Shown one piece after another: positions 1 to 10,489 of a stretch of DNA of 55,294 nt; position 1 is the stretch's first letter, and every line of letters starts with the position of its first letter. The DNA is from Ferruginibacter sp. (GTDB lineage: Bacteria; Bacteroidota; Bacteroidia; Chitinophagales; Chitinophagaceae), in contig JANPIF010000117.1 in NCBI GenBank assembly GCA_031424845.1, positions 1-55,294 of the forward strand, given 5' to 3'. The notes beneath the pieces were generated by a model. It did no database searches, was not told the origin of the DNA, and saw only the letters and a program-made list of their open reading frames with translations. A program made the position numbers and the translations under genes.

Positions 1-3000
1 CCGGGAAGAACTTTGCACCGGGTAAATATTTTGAACGATGGCATAAGAAATCTTAAAGGTGATGGCATAAACATTGGCATTTGGGATGGTGGTGCCATCA
101 GCCCACATTTAGATTTTAGCCCGGCGGGCAGACTTGTCCAGGTGGAAGCCAGTGCAGCTTCTGACCACTCTACACACTGCTCCGGTACTATCTTGGGCCG
201 TGGCCTTAGAAATCCATTGGCTAAAGGAATGGCGCCAAATGCGAAATTATATTCTTACAATTTTAATGGCAATATACCATCTGAAATGGCAGCGGGCATA
301 CCGGCAAACAACCTTGTGGTAAGCAGTCACTCTTACGGCAGCACGCAGACTTGTGGCGTAAACGGTGCCGGCGTTACTTACAACAATACAAGCAGAGAAA
401 CAGATATAAACCTTAACAATTATCCCTTTCACCTACATTGCCATTCTGCCGGAAATTCACAAACGGCCTGCGCCGGTGGCTGGAGTACCATTACAGCCAG
501 CGGAAAATCTGCAAAAAATAATATCCTTGTTGCTAATATTACTTCTGCAGAAAATATGTCGGGCAGCAGCAGTTTTGGGCCTGTGCAAGATGGCCGGGTA
601 AAACCAGAAATAAGTGCAATGGGTACCGGTGTTTTTTCTACTGTATCAGCCCCTTTAAATTATGATACTTATTCCGGTACTTCAATGTCAACACCGGGCG
701 TTTCCGGATCTGTAGCACTATTGGTACAGCGATATAAAGAACTTAATGGCGGTGCTTTACCGCCATCAACATTAATCAAAAATGTAGTTCTCAACACAGC
801 CAATGATTTGGGTAACCCAGGGCCTGATTACAGATTCGGATACGGTCGCATTAATGCATTGCAGGCGGTAAAAATAATAGAACCATCAGTGCGATATGTA
901 CTAAACAATGTAACAACAGGTACTACAAATGATTTAACAGTCACAGTACCTGCAGGTGCTGCTCGTCTAAGGGTTATGCTTACCTGGAACGACCCTGCAG
1001 CAGCCGCCAATAGCAACCCTACTTTGGTAAATAATTTAAACCTTAGCGTAATTAATGGTGCTAATACTACCCTGCCGTGGGTTTTAGATAAAGACAATCC
1101 TGCAAATCCTGCCACACGAGCGGTAGATAATATAAGTAACATAGAGCAGGTAACGATAGATAATCCTACAGCAGGCACATACACCATGCGGGTAAATGGG
1201 TTTGCCGTACCTGTAGGAGCTAACCAATCGTATGCACTTACATGGATGGTAGAAGTACCTTTTATAGAAGTTACTTATCCAAATGGCGGCGAATCGTTTA
1301 ACCCGGCATCCAATGAAGTAATTACATGGGATAATGCGGGGATTACGGGAAACCAAACCATTGAATATTCTTTGGATAATGGCAGCACATGGACAGTTCT
1401 TTCCTCTGCAGTAACACCTAATACCAGAAGATTTACATTCGCTGTCCCCGGTGCAAATACTTCTACTGCACTTGTAAGAATCTCCGCCGGTGGAATCACA
1501 GATGTGAGTGATGCAACCTTTAAAATTTTGGGTACTACCACGGGTTTTGCAATAGGCTCTGGCGGCGGTTGCAGCTCGGGCGAAATAAGTTTTACATGGA
1601 ATGCGGTAAGCAACGCAACGCATTATGATATTTATAGACTGGATAATGTGACAGGGCAGTTTGTAGTATTAAACGCAAATATTACAGGCACTTCTTTTAC
1701 TGCTACGGGATTAACGCCGGGTGCAAACATGTGGTTTACCATTGTTGCAAAAAACAATACCACTGGGGCAATTGGAGAAAGAGCTGTGGCTATTACAGGT
1801 ACTGTGTCTTCTGGTGGCGGCGGGCTTGGAGCTGTTGGATCAATAAGCGGTCAAAATAATATTTGCGGTAATCCATCAGCCGTTGCATACAGCATTGCAG
1901 CTGTAAGCGGCGCTAGTTCTTACACCTGGTCTGCACCATCGGGAGCTGTAATTACAGGCGGACAGGGCACTTCGGGCATTACGGTAAGTTTTCCTGGCGG
2001 TAGCACAAGTGGAAACATTGCCGTATTTGCAAGTAACGGAACTTGCCAAACTGCTCCAACAACCATGGCTATTTCTGTGGGCGGAGCGGTAGCAGCACCA
2101 CTTACAGGTGGAGACCAATCACAGTCCGTTTGCCCAGGCGGTACACCCGCTACGCAGACCGCATCTGCCACTGCACCTGCTGGTAATACTATTGTTTGGT
2201 ACACTGCGCCTACAGGTGGTACTGTGGTTACAAATCCTACTCAAAGCACTGTTGGCACCATCACTTATTATGCTGCTGCACGCAATACATCCTCCGGTTG
2301 TGAGAGCGCTAGCCGTACAGCAGTCACGCTTACGATTTCATCTGTACCTGCAGCCACAGCTAGTGCAGGAAGTGCGTTAAGTTTTTGCCAGGGCGGTAGC
2401 GTTACGCTTTCTGCAAATGCAGGCAGTTCATACATTTGGAGTAAAGATGGTATAGCTATCAGCGGAGCAACCAACCAAACTTATACCGCTACAGCTACAG
2501 GTTCATATACTGCAAGCGTAACAACAGGAAGCTGTACAAGTACATCTGCGCCGCTTGTTGTAAATGTAAATGCGTTGCCGGTTGCAACCGTTGCTGCATC
2601 TGGACCTACATCTATTTGCAGCGGCGGAAATGTAATACTTACTGCAAGCGCAGGCAGTACATGGCTATGGAGCAATGGGGCTTCTACCCAAAGTATAACA
2701 GTTACATCTGCAGGTAATTATTCTGTAACGGTTGGCAATGCAAGTGGCTGCTCGGCTATTTCTACAGCTACAGCTGTAATGGTGAACCCGAGCCTCACAG
2801 CAAGCATTTCCGCAGCGCCTTATCGTAATTTATTTCCTGGCCTTACTACCAATTTAACAGCTACTGTAAACCCTCCGGGAAATTATAATTATGCATGGTT
2901 TAAAAACGGCACAGCGGTAGCGGGTGCTAATTCAGCTACTTTATCGAATATTCGCCACGCAGATTTAGGAAGCTATACCGTAACGGTTACCAATGCTACC

Positions 3001-3312
3001 GGAATGGCATGTAGCAATACATCTCCGGCATTTGCTGTAGCAGATTCTGCTACTGCTAAATTGTTTATTTACCCAAGTCCGAACAAGGGAACCTTTAATG
3101 TATCCTACTACGCTCCTACGCCAAACACAAGGTATACCTTGAGCATATATGATGCGAAAGGTGCACGTACTTATGTTCGCACATACACACTTAATACTAG
3201 TTATCAGTTAATGAATGTAGATATGCGCAAAGATGGCAAAGGTGTTTATCGTGTAGCATTATTAAATACAACAGGTAAAGTTGTAGCCGTAGGCTCTGTG
3301 GTTATTGAATAA
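1..3312 (+). CDS. S8 (subtilisin-like) serine peptidase with Ig-like/FN3 domains and T9SS C-terminal sorting domain; 5' end lies outside the window
   Basis: Catalytic triad motifs IGIWDGG, DHSTHCSG, SGTSMSTP; Gly/Ser/Thr-rich Ig-like repeats; C-terminal IYPSPNKG...IYDAKG...KGVY...VVIE typical of a T9SS CTD; frame open back to base 1. Confidence 0.9.
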   Translation, partial: PGRTLHRVNILNDGIRNLKGDGINIGIWDGGAISPHLDFSPAGRLVQVEASAASDHSTHCSGTILGRGLRNPLAKGMAPNAKLYSYNFNGNIPSEMAAGIPANNLVVSSHSYGSTQTCGVNGAGVTYNNTSRETDINLNNYPFHLHCHSAGNSQTACAGGWSTITASGKSAKNNILVANITSAENMSGSSSFGPVQDGRVKPEISAMGTGVFSTVSAPLNYDTYSGTSMSTPGVSGSVALLVQRYKELNGGALPPSTLIKNVVLNTANDLGNPGPDYRFGYGRINALQAVKIIEPSVRYVLNNVTTGTTNDLTVTVPAGAARLRVMLTWNDPAAAANSNPTLVNNLNLSVINGANTTLPWVLDKDNPANPATRAVDNISNIEQVTIDNPTAGTYTMRVNGFAVPVGANQSYALTWMVEVPFIEVTYPNGGESFNPASNEVITWDNAGITGNQTIEYSLDNGSTWTVLSSAVTPNTRRFTFAVPGANTSTALVRISAGGITDVSDATFKILGTTTGFAIGSGGGCSSGEISFTWNAVSNATHYDIYRLDNVTGQFVVLNANITGTSFTATGLTPGANMWFTIVAKNNTTGAIGERAVAITGTVSSGGGGLGAVGSISGQNNICGNPSAVAYSIAAVSGASSYTWSAPSGAVITGGQGTSGITVSFPGGSTSGNIAVFASNGTCQTAPTTMAISVGGAVAAPLTGGDQSQSVCPGGTPATQTASATAPAGNTIVWYTAPTGGTVVTNPTQSTVGTITYYAAARNTSSGCESASRTAVTLTISSVPAATASAGSALSFCQGGSVTLSANAGSSYIWSKDGIAISGATNQTYTATATGSYTASVTTGSCTSTSAPLVVNVNALPVATVAASGPTSICSGGNVILTASAGSTWLWSNGASTQSITVTSAGNYSVTVGNASGCSAISTATAVMVNPSLTASISAAPYRNLFPGLTTNLTATVNPPGNYNYAWFKNGTAVAGANSATLSNIRHADLGSYTVTVTNATGMACSNTSPAFAVADSATAKLFIYPSPNKGTFNVSYYAPTPNTRYTLSIYDAKGARTYVRTYTLNTSYQLMNVDMRKDGKGVYRVALLNTTGKVVAVGSVVIE

Positions 3313-3332
3313 AAAATATAATGTAAAAATGT

Positions 3333-3366
3333 TACAATGGGCTATCCGCAAGGGTAGCCCATTGTA
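3333..3366 (+). terminator. Intrinsic terminator-like hairpin after the protease
   Basis: tacaatgggctatcc-GCAA-gggtagcccattgta inverted repeat just after the stop. Confidence 0.75.
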
Positions 3367-3742
3367 TTTATATAAAATGTTGCAGCTGGTAAAACAACGC
3401 TTTGCTCTATGTGATTGTTTAAAAATTGCTCACAGATAAGGTAGATTTGCCCCCGCTTTCCTGAGAGTTAAGCGAAGCATTTATAAAGATTTTAAATAAA
3501 AGAGAGACTTTGTCTCGATCAATATCATTAATCTTAAGAAATGCGAACAAATGAATATCCTGCTGTAATGATGGTTTCAGCACATCAAAGCAAGTCCTTT
3601 TACTGCTGTTCACATCAAAATGAGTATTTACTTCCACGCAGTCGCCGCAAAGTTTTACATGCATCTATTAAAAAAATCCAATGGCATACTAATTGCAAAA
3701 TCTGGTATGGTATCTTATTAATAACTTTTAAATGTAAATAAT

Positions 3743-4090
3743 ATGTCACACCATGATAACAATGAAAGCCTAGGTAATAAAATTAAAGATGTAGCAGGTG
3801 ATGTAGGCACTGCCATAAAGAATAAGGTTGATGATGTGAAAACATCTTTACAGAACTCTTCCAATACTGCGGAGAATGAAGCACACAAAGCAGCCAACAA
3901 TGTAAAAGCTGAAGAAGGAAACTTTTTTGATAAAGTGGGTGCAGCTGTTAAAAATACCGTGAATGATGTAAAAACATCTTCAGAAAATGCAGCCAACAAA
4001 GCCGAAAATGAAGCACACAAAGGGGCTAACAATATAGAGAACGAAGCAGATAAAATCCGCCGAGATGACGAAGAAAATCGCAACAGCTAA
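3743..4090 (+). CDS. Small hydrophilic LEA/general-stress-like protein with a 44-aa internal repeat
   Basis: DVKTS...AENEAHK.ANN repeated at a 132-nt period; rich in A/K/E/N/D. Confidence 0.65.
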   Translation: MSHHDNNESLGNKIKDVAGDVGTAIKNKVDDVKTSLQNSSNTAENEAHKAANNVKAEEGNFFDKVGAAVKNTVNDVKTSSENAANKAENEAHKGANNIENEADKIRRDDEENRNS

Positions 4091-4106
4091 CATAAAATCT
4101 TAAAAG

Positions 4107-4136
4107 AAAGCCGGGATACATTTCCCGGTTTTTTTT
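4107..4136. terminator. Probable bidirectional terminator between convergent genes
   Basis: aaagccggga-tacatt-tcccggtttttttt; A-run before, T-run after. Confidence 0.75.
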
Positions 4137-4255
4137 ATGCCTTTTAGTTTAAAACTTTTTCCAATATTCTCTGTTGGTAAGTCCTGCCCTTGCATAAAAG
4201 TGGTGACTGGTTTTATTTTAGACAGCCATTCACATTTCGTAGCTTCTTTGGGACA

Positions 4256-4279
4256 GCTGCGTTTTTGCAAAGCGAGTGT
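4256..4279. repeat. 24-bp direct repeat, copy of 5391-5414 inside rmuC
   Basis: gctgcgtttttgcaaagcgagtgt identical at both positions; extends to 28 bp with one mismatch. Confidence 0.9.
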
Positions 4280-4293
4280 ACGACAGGAAACCC

Positions 4294-5115
4294 TTATTTA
4301 CCCTTTAACTTTTTCATACTACTATTTTCGTACAGGCTTTTCATTTGTGTAATAGCAATTTTATTTAGTTGAATAAGTCTTTCGGGTTGTTGTAAACCTT
4401 GCTGTATGAGCACTGCATTTATGCTTTCCATATTGCTTAGTACGACTAGTTGTTCAATAGTTGCTTCATCTCTTACATTGCCTTTGCTGCTTGGGTTAGC
4501 ATCACGCCATTGCTTTGCCGTAATTCCAAACAAAGCCATATTAAGCATATCTGCTTCATCGGCATACACAAAACCAACCTCCGTTTTACTCAATTCTTTT
4601 GGTATTAAGTTTTCTTTAATAGCATCAGTATGTATATGATAATTTACTTTGGCTAGTGTGCGATGCAAGTTCCAATCTAGTTTTAATCTATCATTTTCAT
4701 CTTCCTTTAGACGCTGAAATTCTTTTATTAGGTAAATTTTAAATTCGGCACTGATCCACATTCCAAATTCAAATGCAATATCCGGATGTGCCTATGTCCC
4801 CCCATATCTTCCTGCTGTTGCCTTTAAACCAATTGCGTTTGTTTTTTCCTGCCATTCCTTCACACTTATCTTATAACTATTTAAACCCGCCTGACTTTTA
4901 ATTATGGCGAATTCGCCATAATTAAAACTGGCATTGTAAATACTTTCCCAAATACCAATATACTCGATTGTATTACGATTGCGTAGCCAGTCAGAAATAA
5001 AAAAATCTCCATCTTTTGCTTTAAGCATATCCGTTAATGAAATGAAATCTAGTTCCCCTTCTTTTATTATAGCAATGTCTGTTCCTTTTACATTAATAGT
5101 TTTATTTTTTGCCAT
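4294..5115 (-). pseudogene. KilA-N domain DNA-binding protein interrupted by an in-frame TAG (4792-4794)
   Basis: ORFs 4792..5115 and 4294..4761 share a frame; junction reads GRYGGT*AHPDIAFEFGMWIS, the KilA-N motif GGTYAH.DIAFEF with Tyr replaced by a stop. Confidence 0.85.
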
Positions 5116-5150
5116 TGGTTTAAATGTACTGAATTGGGTGTAATAAAATT

Positions 5151-6662
5151 TTAATTATCTATTTCATCCTGGTTAGTATTCAAATTAATTTCAGGTAATT
5201 TTAATGGAGCCTCCACCGCCGGCAAGCTCTCCACATTTCTCAACTCCCGGTTTATGGCCCTTGTTCTTGTGCCCACCACATCGTCTAGTTGCCCGAGGCC
5301 AGTCTGTATATTTTTTTGTGCCTTTTCAAGGAGGCCGCCAAAGTTTTCAAATTCCTTTTTCACATTGCCCAATACCTTCCATACTTCGCTGCTGCGTTTT
5401 TGCAAAGCGAGTGTGCGAAAACCCATTTGCAGGCTGTTTAAAATGGCCATAAGGGTGGTAGGTCCTGCAACGGTTATTTTATACTCGGTGCGCAACTGGT
5501 CTATCAAACTGCTGCGGCGGATCACTTCGGCATATATACTTTCAAAAGGGAGGAACATGATGGCAAAGTCGGTGGTGTTGGGAGGGTCAAGGTATTTGTC
5601 CCTGATGTCTTTTGCCATTTTTTTAATGACCGTTTCTAAGTTTTTTGTGGCCACTTCAATATCATCCGGAATCGCATTTTCGTAAGCTGCTATCAAATGC
5701 TCATAAGTATCTTTTGGAAATTTGGCATCTATGGGCAGGTACACAAAGCTGCTTTCATCTTCGCTGCGGCCGGGTAGTTTTATGGCAAACTCCACCGGCT
5801 CGCTGCTGCCTTTTTTGGTACGCACATTTTCATCGTATTGGTTGGGTGCGAGGATCTGTTCGAGCAACAATGCCAGTTGCACTTCGCCCACACCGCCCCG
5901 CAGTTTTACATTGCTCAATACTTTTTTCAGTCCGCCTACATCGGTGGCAATGTTCTGCATTTCACCAAGGCCTTTTTGTACTTCTATTAATTGTTTGCCT
6001 ACCGTTTCAAAACTTTGTCCGAGCCTTTCGCTCAGGGTTTTTTCCAGTTTTTCTTCCACCGTTACCCGAATGCTTTCGAGCTTTGTTTCGGTACTTTTTA
6101 CGAGGTCGGCCTGTTTGGTTTCCATCTGTGCAAACTTCTCCCGCTGCAGGTCGTTAAACGATTTTATGTTGATATCAAATGCTTCTTTAAAATCTTTAAA
6201 AGCAGTAGTGAGTGCTTCCCGCATAAAGCGACTGTCTTCTTTAGCCTGTGCATTTATTTTTTCTAACTGCAGCACATTGGCACCCGAAAAATCGGTGATG
6301 CTGCGGGTGAGTTCTTCCCTGTTTAATTTGTTGTTTGCATCCATCTTGGCGGTGAGCGCACCCATTTTTTCATCCAGCGTCTGGTTTATTTCTTTCAGCG
6401 CCTGCTGGCTTTGCTCGGTAATGGTTTTAAGGGTAGCATTCAGCTCTATGCGGTTGTCTTTTGCAATGCCTGCATTTTCTTCTCGGTTTGTTTTAAAATC
6501 TTCTTTGAGGCTGCTTTCTATTTTGGCAAGGTTTGTTTGCAGCGCCACCATTTGCCGTTGCAGCTCCGGCAAAGTAGTGTTGTTTTTATTTCTAAATACA
6601 ATGATCAACACGATGGCCAGCACCAATAAAACAACCAGCATCATTAATAATATATTTTCCAA
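5151..6662 (-). CDS. rmuC: DNA recombination protein RmuC
   Basis: N-terminal TM, long coiled coil, RGGVGEVQL, LPIDAKFP, TTDFAIMFLPFE, GPTTLMAILNSLQMGF. Confidence 0.93.
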   Translation of the reverse strand: MENILLMMLVVLLVLAIVLIIVFRNKNNTTLPELQRQMVALQTNLAKIESSLKEDFKTNREENAGIAKDNRIELNATLKTITEQSQQALKEINQTLDEKMGALTAKMDANNKLNREELTRSITDFSGANVLQLEKINAQAKEDSRFMREALTTAFKDFKEAFDINIKSFNDLQREKFAQMETKQADLVKSTETKLESIRVTVEEKLEKTLSERLGQSFETVGKQLIEVQKGLGEMQNIATDVGGLKKVLSNVKLRGGVGEVQLALLLEQILAPNQYDENVRTKKGSSEPVEFAIKLPGRSEDESSFVYLPIDAKFPKDTYEHLIAAYENAIPDDIEVATKNLETVIKKMAKDIRDKYLDPPNTTDFAIMFLPFESIYAEVIRRSSLIDQLRTEYKITVAGPTTLMAILNSLQMGFRTLALQKRSSEVWKVLGNVKKEFENFGGLLEKAQKNIQTGLGQLDDVVGTRTRAINRELRNVESLPAVEAPLKLPEINLNTNQDEIDN

Positions 6663-6824
6663 TAGCGAGCAGTTAAATGGTTTTAATAAAAGGCTTCAAA
6701 CGGCACAACACAATAAAACGATATAATCACCAATGTAGCAAATTATTCTTCACCCCAATCAACCATTCAATGTGGATATAATTACGGCAATCCTGCGCTC
6801 AAAATTTTACTTTATGAAATAAAA

Positions 6825-6851
6825 AAAGCCTAATCAAAATGATTAAGCTTT
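6825..6851 (-). terminator. Terminator-like hairpin downstream of the lipoprotein gene
   Basis: aaagcctaatc-aaaat-gattaagcttt imperfect inverted repeat preceded by an A-run (U-tract on - strand). Confidence 0.5.
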
Positions 6852-6872
6852 ACAACTATTTAATGGTAATAT

Positions 6873-7307
6873 CTAGTTCTTTTCAAAAGTAAGGAAATCC
6901 GTACCACCGTTTCCTCCACTCACATCTGTCATTATTATTTTAGTATCTGTACGACTGGTCACATGCCAGTCATCGCTTAGTTCAGAAAAGCTGGCTGGTG
7001 TAGTAAAAGATAAAATGAGTTTTACTTTTGAGTCATCTACACCGGTGGTCCAGGTTCCTGTAACCGTGGGTGAACCTGCTTTTGTAGCAGTCAATACATT
7101 GCCACCCGCAAAAGTAAATGCATAACCGGCATAATTGGAAGTTTCTTCATGGTCGGTATCGTAATAATAAGTAATGCGCCAGGTACCAGTAGATGCTGTG
7201 GCTGCTAAATTAACTGTAGTAATGGTAGAGTTACTATTTGTATCGTCATCCTTTTTGCAGGAAAACAATCCTACTGTAATGAGCAATAAAAAAAGAGTGT
7301 TTTTCAT
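6873..7307 (-). CDS. Lipoprotein, lipocalin-like beta-barrel
   Basis: Signal peptide with LFSC lipobox and KKDDD export-like signal; GTWRIT and GTW motifs. Confidence 0.75.
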   Translation of the reverse strand: MKNTLFLLLITVGLFSCKKDDDTNSNSTITTVNLAATASTGTWRITYYYDTDHEETSNYAGYAFTFAGGNVLTATKAGSPTVTGTWTTGVDDSKVKLILSFTTPASFSELSDDWHVTSRTDTKIIMTDVSGGNGGTDFLTFEKN

Positions 7308-7753
7308 GGCATTAATTTTAAGGGTTAAATGATTAGATAATAAATGTAAGAGGAATTTAAAAACTATTTTGCACAGAAATGTTAATTATAAATGGAGTTA
7401 CCAAAAATGGATTATTGCTTCTGGTAATGATCAACGAAGTGTTACCTCATCCACCTTGTCTAAGATTGCTTTATAAGCAGCAGAGAAATTAAATTTAAGA
7501 AAGTATGCCCTTTTTAAATATTCTTATCAATCAAAGGTTGCACTTCTATAAAGTACACAAACTATTTGAAGTTTTAAATAAACTAAGTGTATAAACAAGG
7601 GCGGCAAGGCAATACATTTAATTGCTGTAAAATATATCTGCTCTATTCATCTAAATAAAATGCCCGACAGCAACTACTGGCACAACCCTTGCAAATTTAT
7701 TGTGTACGCTTTAAAGCAAACAGCTTCTACATTCATCACACAACAAAACAATC

Positions 7754-8080
7754 ATGAAAATTATTCCAAACGATCAACTCATTAAGAAACTTGATATCTG
7801 TATTGCCGCATGTAATTTTTGCGCCTCTGCTTGCCTGCAGGAAGAACATGTGCAAATGATGGCAAATTGTATAAGGTACAATATGGACTGTGCAGATGTG
7901 TGCAGAACTGCCGCTGTATTATTGGCTAGAGATTCAAAGCATGGTAAACATTTATTACAGGAGTGTATAGAACTGTGCGAAGCATCTGCAGCAGAATGCG
8001 GTAAACATGAGCACGACCATTGCCAGGCTTGTGCGATTGCCTGTAAGGAATGTGCGGAAGCTTGCAGGGAGGCTGCGTAG
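7754..8080 (+). CDS. Four-helix-bundle Cys-rich copper storage protein (Csp3/DUF326-like)
   Basis: Repeated CxxxC/CxxC motifs and C-terminal HDHCQACAIACKECAEAC. Confidence 0.88.
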   Translation: MKIIPNDQLIKKLDICIAACNFCASACLQEEHVQMMANCIRYNMDCADVCRTAAVLLARDSKHGKHLLQECIELCEASAAECGKHEHDHCQACAIACKECAEACREAA

Positions 8081-8252
8081 TACAAGATTGAAAATGAAAC
8101 GAAAAAATTATAACAACTTCCCGGCTTGTAGAATTATTCGCACAAAAATTAGTTATCAGTAATTTTTAATACATTTTTTTTTCTCTTCTTCTGTTGCATT
8201 AAAAATATTGCCACATGAACAGAGAAAAATTCTTTAATCAATTTGTGCCATT

Positions 8253-8280
8253 AAAAAAGCAAAACATTGCTGTTTTGCTT
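8253..8280 (-). terminator. Intrinsic terminator adjacent to the left island junction
   Basis: Perfect 10-bp stem aagcaaaaca/tgttttgctt, GCAA loop and U-run on - strand. Confidence 0.7.
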
Positions 8281-8287
8281 AGTGAAT

Positions 8288-8314
8288 GTGGTCCCGCCAA
8301 GTTTTATATCGAAC
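8288..8314 (-). other. Putative left attachment junction (tRNA 3'-end-like remnant)
   Basis: - strand reads gttcgatataaaacttggcgggaccac: GTTCGA T-loop-like motif plus acceptor-stem-like end, then a terminator; same GTGG-N17-TCGAAC spacing as at 50325. Confidence 0.55.
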
Positions 8315-8534
8315 AAAATAATAAGCTTTTTTAGAATTCTGTATAATAGTTTTGCGGAAAAAAGATTTACTATGTTGCTCTAAATTAATTTCAAAGTGGA
8401 ACTATAAATTCTTATCAAAAGGATTAGAATAGTCTTGAAATAATCTCTATGCTAGAAATAGGATAACAATTTTTGTTTTGCATAAGGATATTTGTGGAAA
8501 TCAATTTACTGCTCTTAACAAATGTACCTAACCA

Positions 8535-8790
8535 CTAATCAGATAGATTGAATGTATGTAATACAATCCGCTCATTCTTTTTTGTACCCTTCTCTAGCAT
8601 TTTAAATTCAGATCATTCATACATATCCTGCACAACACCATCTTTAATCTCAATAATCATGTCTAGGTAATTACCGGAATGATTGAATATGAAAGAATAA
8701 TCCTTGCATTTATAATTGCAAAGATTTGAATTACAAAACCCACTGTGGCATTGTAAATGTATCATCCGCTTTCAAATTTTCAAGAATATG
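8535..8790 (-). pseudogene. Possible decayed gene remnant
   Basis: One frame reads GFCNSNLCNYKCKDYSFIFNHSGNYLDMIIEIKDGVVQDMYE*SEFK...; protein-like but with internal stops. Confidence 0.3.
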
Positions 8791-8958
8791 ATGGGCCAAT
8801 TTAGGAGGGTATTAATTAAAGGCTGCATAGATACGCCACACATAAATCTTTGCTGCATATCTGGGCCAGATTTCTGCGCTAATAGGGGCACCAACCGGAG
8901 GTGAAGGATGGCGCATTTGCTTGCTGAACCTACCTGTAGTGACACCTTGTTACCTTCA

Positions 8959-9522
8959 TCACGCTATGTTATCCAATTTATTTTTCACCAACTCTTCTAA
9001 ATCTTCGTATACCACATTGTATTGCTTTAATAACAACAGTGCTTCCTCGATATCTGTTTTTAAATGATTTTTTGCGACTTTTATTGTAGACGTAAGTCCT
9101 AACCGTTCATTTTCTTTTTCAGTATTGGTTAACCAATATTTAAGAATAGCTATTTTTGAAAGGTTATTATGAAGAACGTTCTCAGTTGTTGTAAATACAG
9201 GATCTACTTTTATTTTGTGTGAACTATAAATGGAGTTACCACAACCGAGTTCTCCTTTACGAAAGATGAAGGTTTTATCACTACTACCGGTTAAATAACC
9301 TTTAAGCAAAACGACAGGTAAAGAAATATCTGCTTCGCCATTTGTACGGCATTGTATTTTTTTAGTAATGCCTTTTGATGTTACTTCAATTCCTGTTCGC
9401 AATACCCGTATCTGTATGAGCGTAGTCTTAGTAAACCTGCCGGATAATTTTGATAAGGTGATAAGGTTGCTGTTTAATTCTTTGAGCTCCACATTAAAAG
9501 AGGCTTCAATATTTTTAGACAT
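8959..9522 (-). CDS. Hypothetical protein
   Basis: 187-aa ORF in operon spacing with upstream genes; no recognised motif. Confidence 0.7.
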   Translation of the reverse strand: MSKNIEASFNVELKELNSNLITLSKLSGRFTKTTLIQIRVLRTGIEVTSKGITKKIQCRTNGEADISLPVVLLKGYLTGSSDKTFIFRKGELGCGNSIYSSHKIKVDPVFTTTENVLHNNLSKIAILKYWLTNTEKENERLGLTSTIKVAKNHLKTDIEEALLLLKQYNVVYEDLEELVKNKLDNIA

Positions 9523-9533
9523 GATTTATTTAA

Positions 9534-9722
9534 TTAAGATCTTAAAGAATGCTTGAAGGATTTTATTATCCTTTGTTGTTTATAGATGATCCACAACATC
9601 AGTAGAAATATGATTGGTTCAATAATGACGAATATCCAGATATTTACTTCCTCATAAGTCATGTGCAACTTAAGTGCTAATGCTTCCAAAAGATCTACGC
9701 ACCATTTAAATGTTTTATTCAT
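9534..9722 (-). CDS. Small single-TM membrane protein
   Basis: YEEVNIWIFVIIEPIIFLLMLWII hydrophobic segment; starts 1 bp after upstream stop. Confidence 0.7.
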   Translation of the reverse strand: MNKTFKWCVDLLEALALKLHMTYEEVNIWIFVIIEPIIFLLMLWIIYKQQRIIKSFKHSLRS

Positions 9723-9723
9723 A

Positions 9724-10317
9724 TTACCTAATATATTGACTGATTAATTTTTTACAATTTGAACATAAAAATCTTGTTTCTTGATCAACAGATTTAATAG
9801 TACCCTCTGCAGCTTCCATAAAACAAGTGCTGCTAAATGTACAATGAGGCAAACCCATCGTATGCCCCAACTCATGCAATGCTACTTTAATAAAACGATC
9901 ATTGAATAAAACTTTATTAGGTGTTTTAATTCTATAGGTTGAAATAATACATGATCTCCCGGGGCTTTTTGCAAGACCCATAATGCCCCAATCATAAATG
10001 TTATCTTTTTTGGTAGAAATATCTTTTGAAGTGATGCCGATTATTTTATCGAAGCCTTTGTATGAATCAATGCTTTCTATTAAAACCGAAGCCCGATAGC
10101 GGTTACGTGGTTTATAAAATGCTGCTTGCGGCAAGGTAGCAATACCTTTTATTTCGGTTACTGTACAGAGATAAGTTGCAGTAATATTTTGCAGTATTTC
10201 TTTTTTAAGATTGGCATCGATGTTTGTATAATACAATACTCCAATCTTTAAAGGCGGTTTCGCTGTATGCTTACTGGATACGAAAAGTGAAACCAATAAC
10301 AGATATACAATTTGCAT
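9724..10317 (-). CDS. Archaemetzincin-like Zn metalloprotease (M54) with signal peptide
   Basis: HELGHTMGLPHC, CFM Met-turn, C-terminal CSNC. Confidence 0.85.
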   Translation of the reverse strand: MQIVYLLLVSLFVSSKHTAKPPLKIGVLYYTNIDANLKKEILQNITATYLCTVTEIKGIATLPQAAFYKPRNRYRASVLIESIDSYKGFDKIIGITSKDISTKKDNIYDWGIMGLAKSPGRSCIISTYRIKTPNKVLFNDRFIKVALHELGHTMGLPHCTFSSTCFMEAAEGTIKSVDQETRFLCSNCKKLISQYIR

Positions 10318-10489
10318 ACGGTAAGAAATTGAAAGGTTATTTTATGTTGCTGAAAATCTTATCACAAGAAATAGTAAATTATTTCAAATTTCATCATAAG
10401 TGAAAAGTTTTTACAAAAAACTTTCTAGTTTATTTATTTTTTATAAGATTAAAAAACTATTCGTACGCTGGTGACTTGCCATTATATAT

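Noticed and set aside
5204-6726. Long + strand ORFs (up to 334 aa) over rmuC, and similar antisense ORFs throughout the window
   Set aside because: Shadow frames of well-supported genes on the opposite strand; no motifs
8716-8904. 62-aa + strand ORF
   Set aside because: TTG start, no motif, overlaps a likely minus-strand remnant
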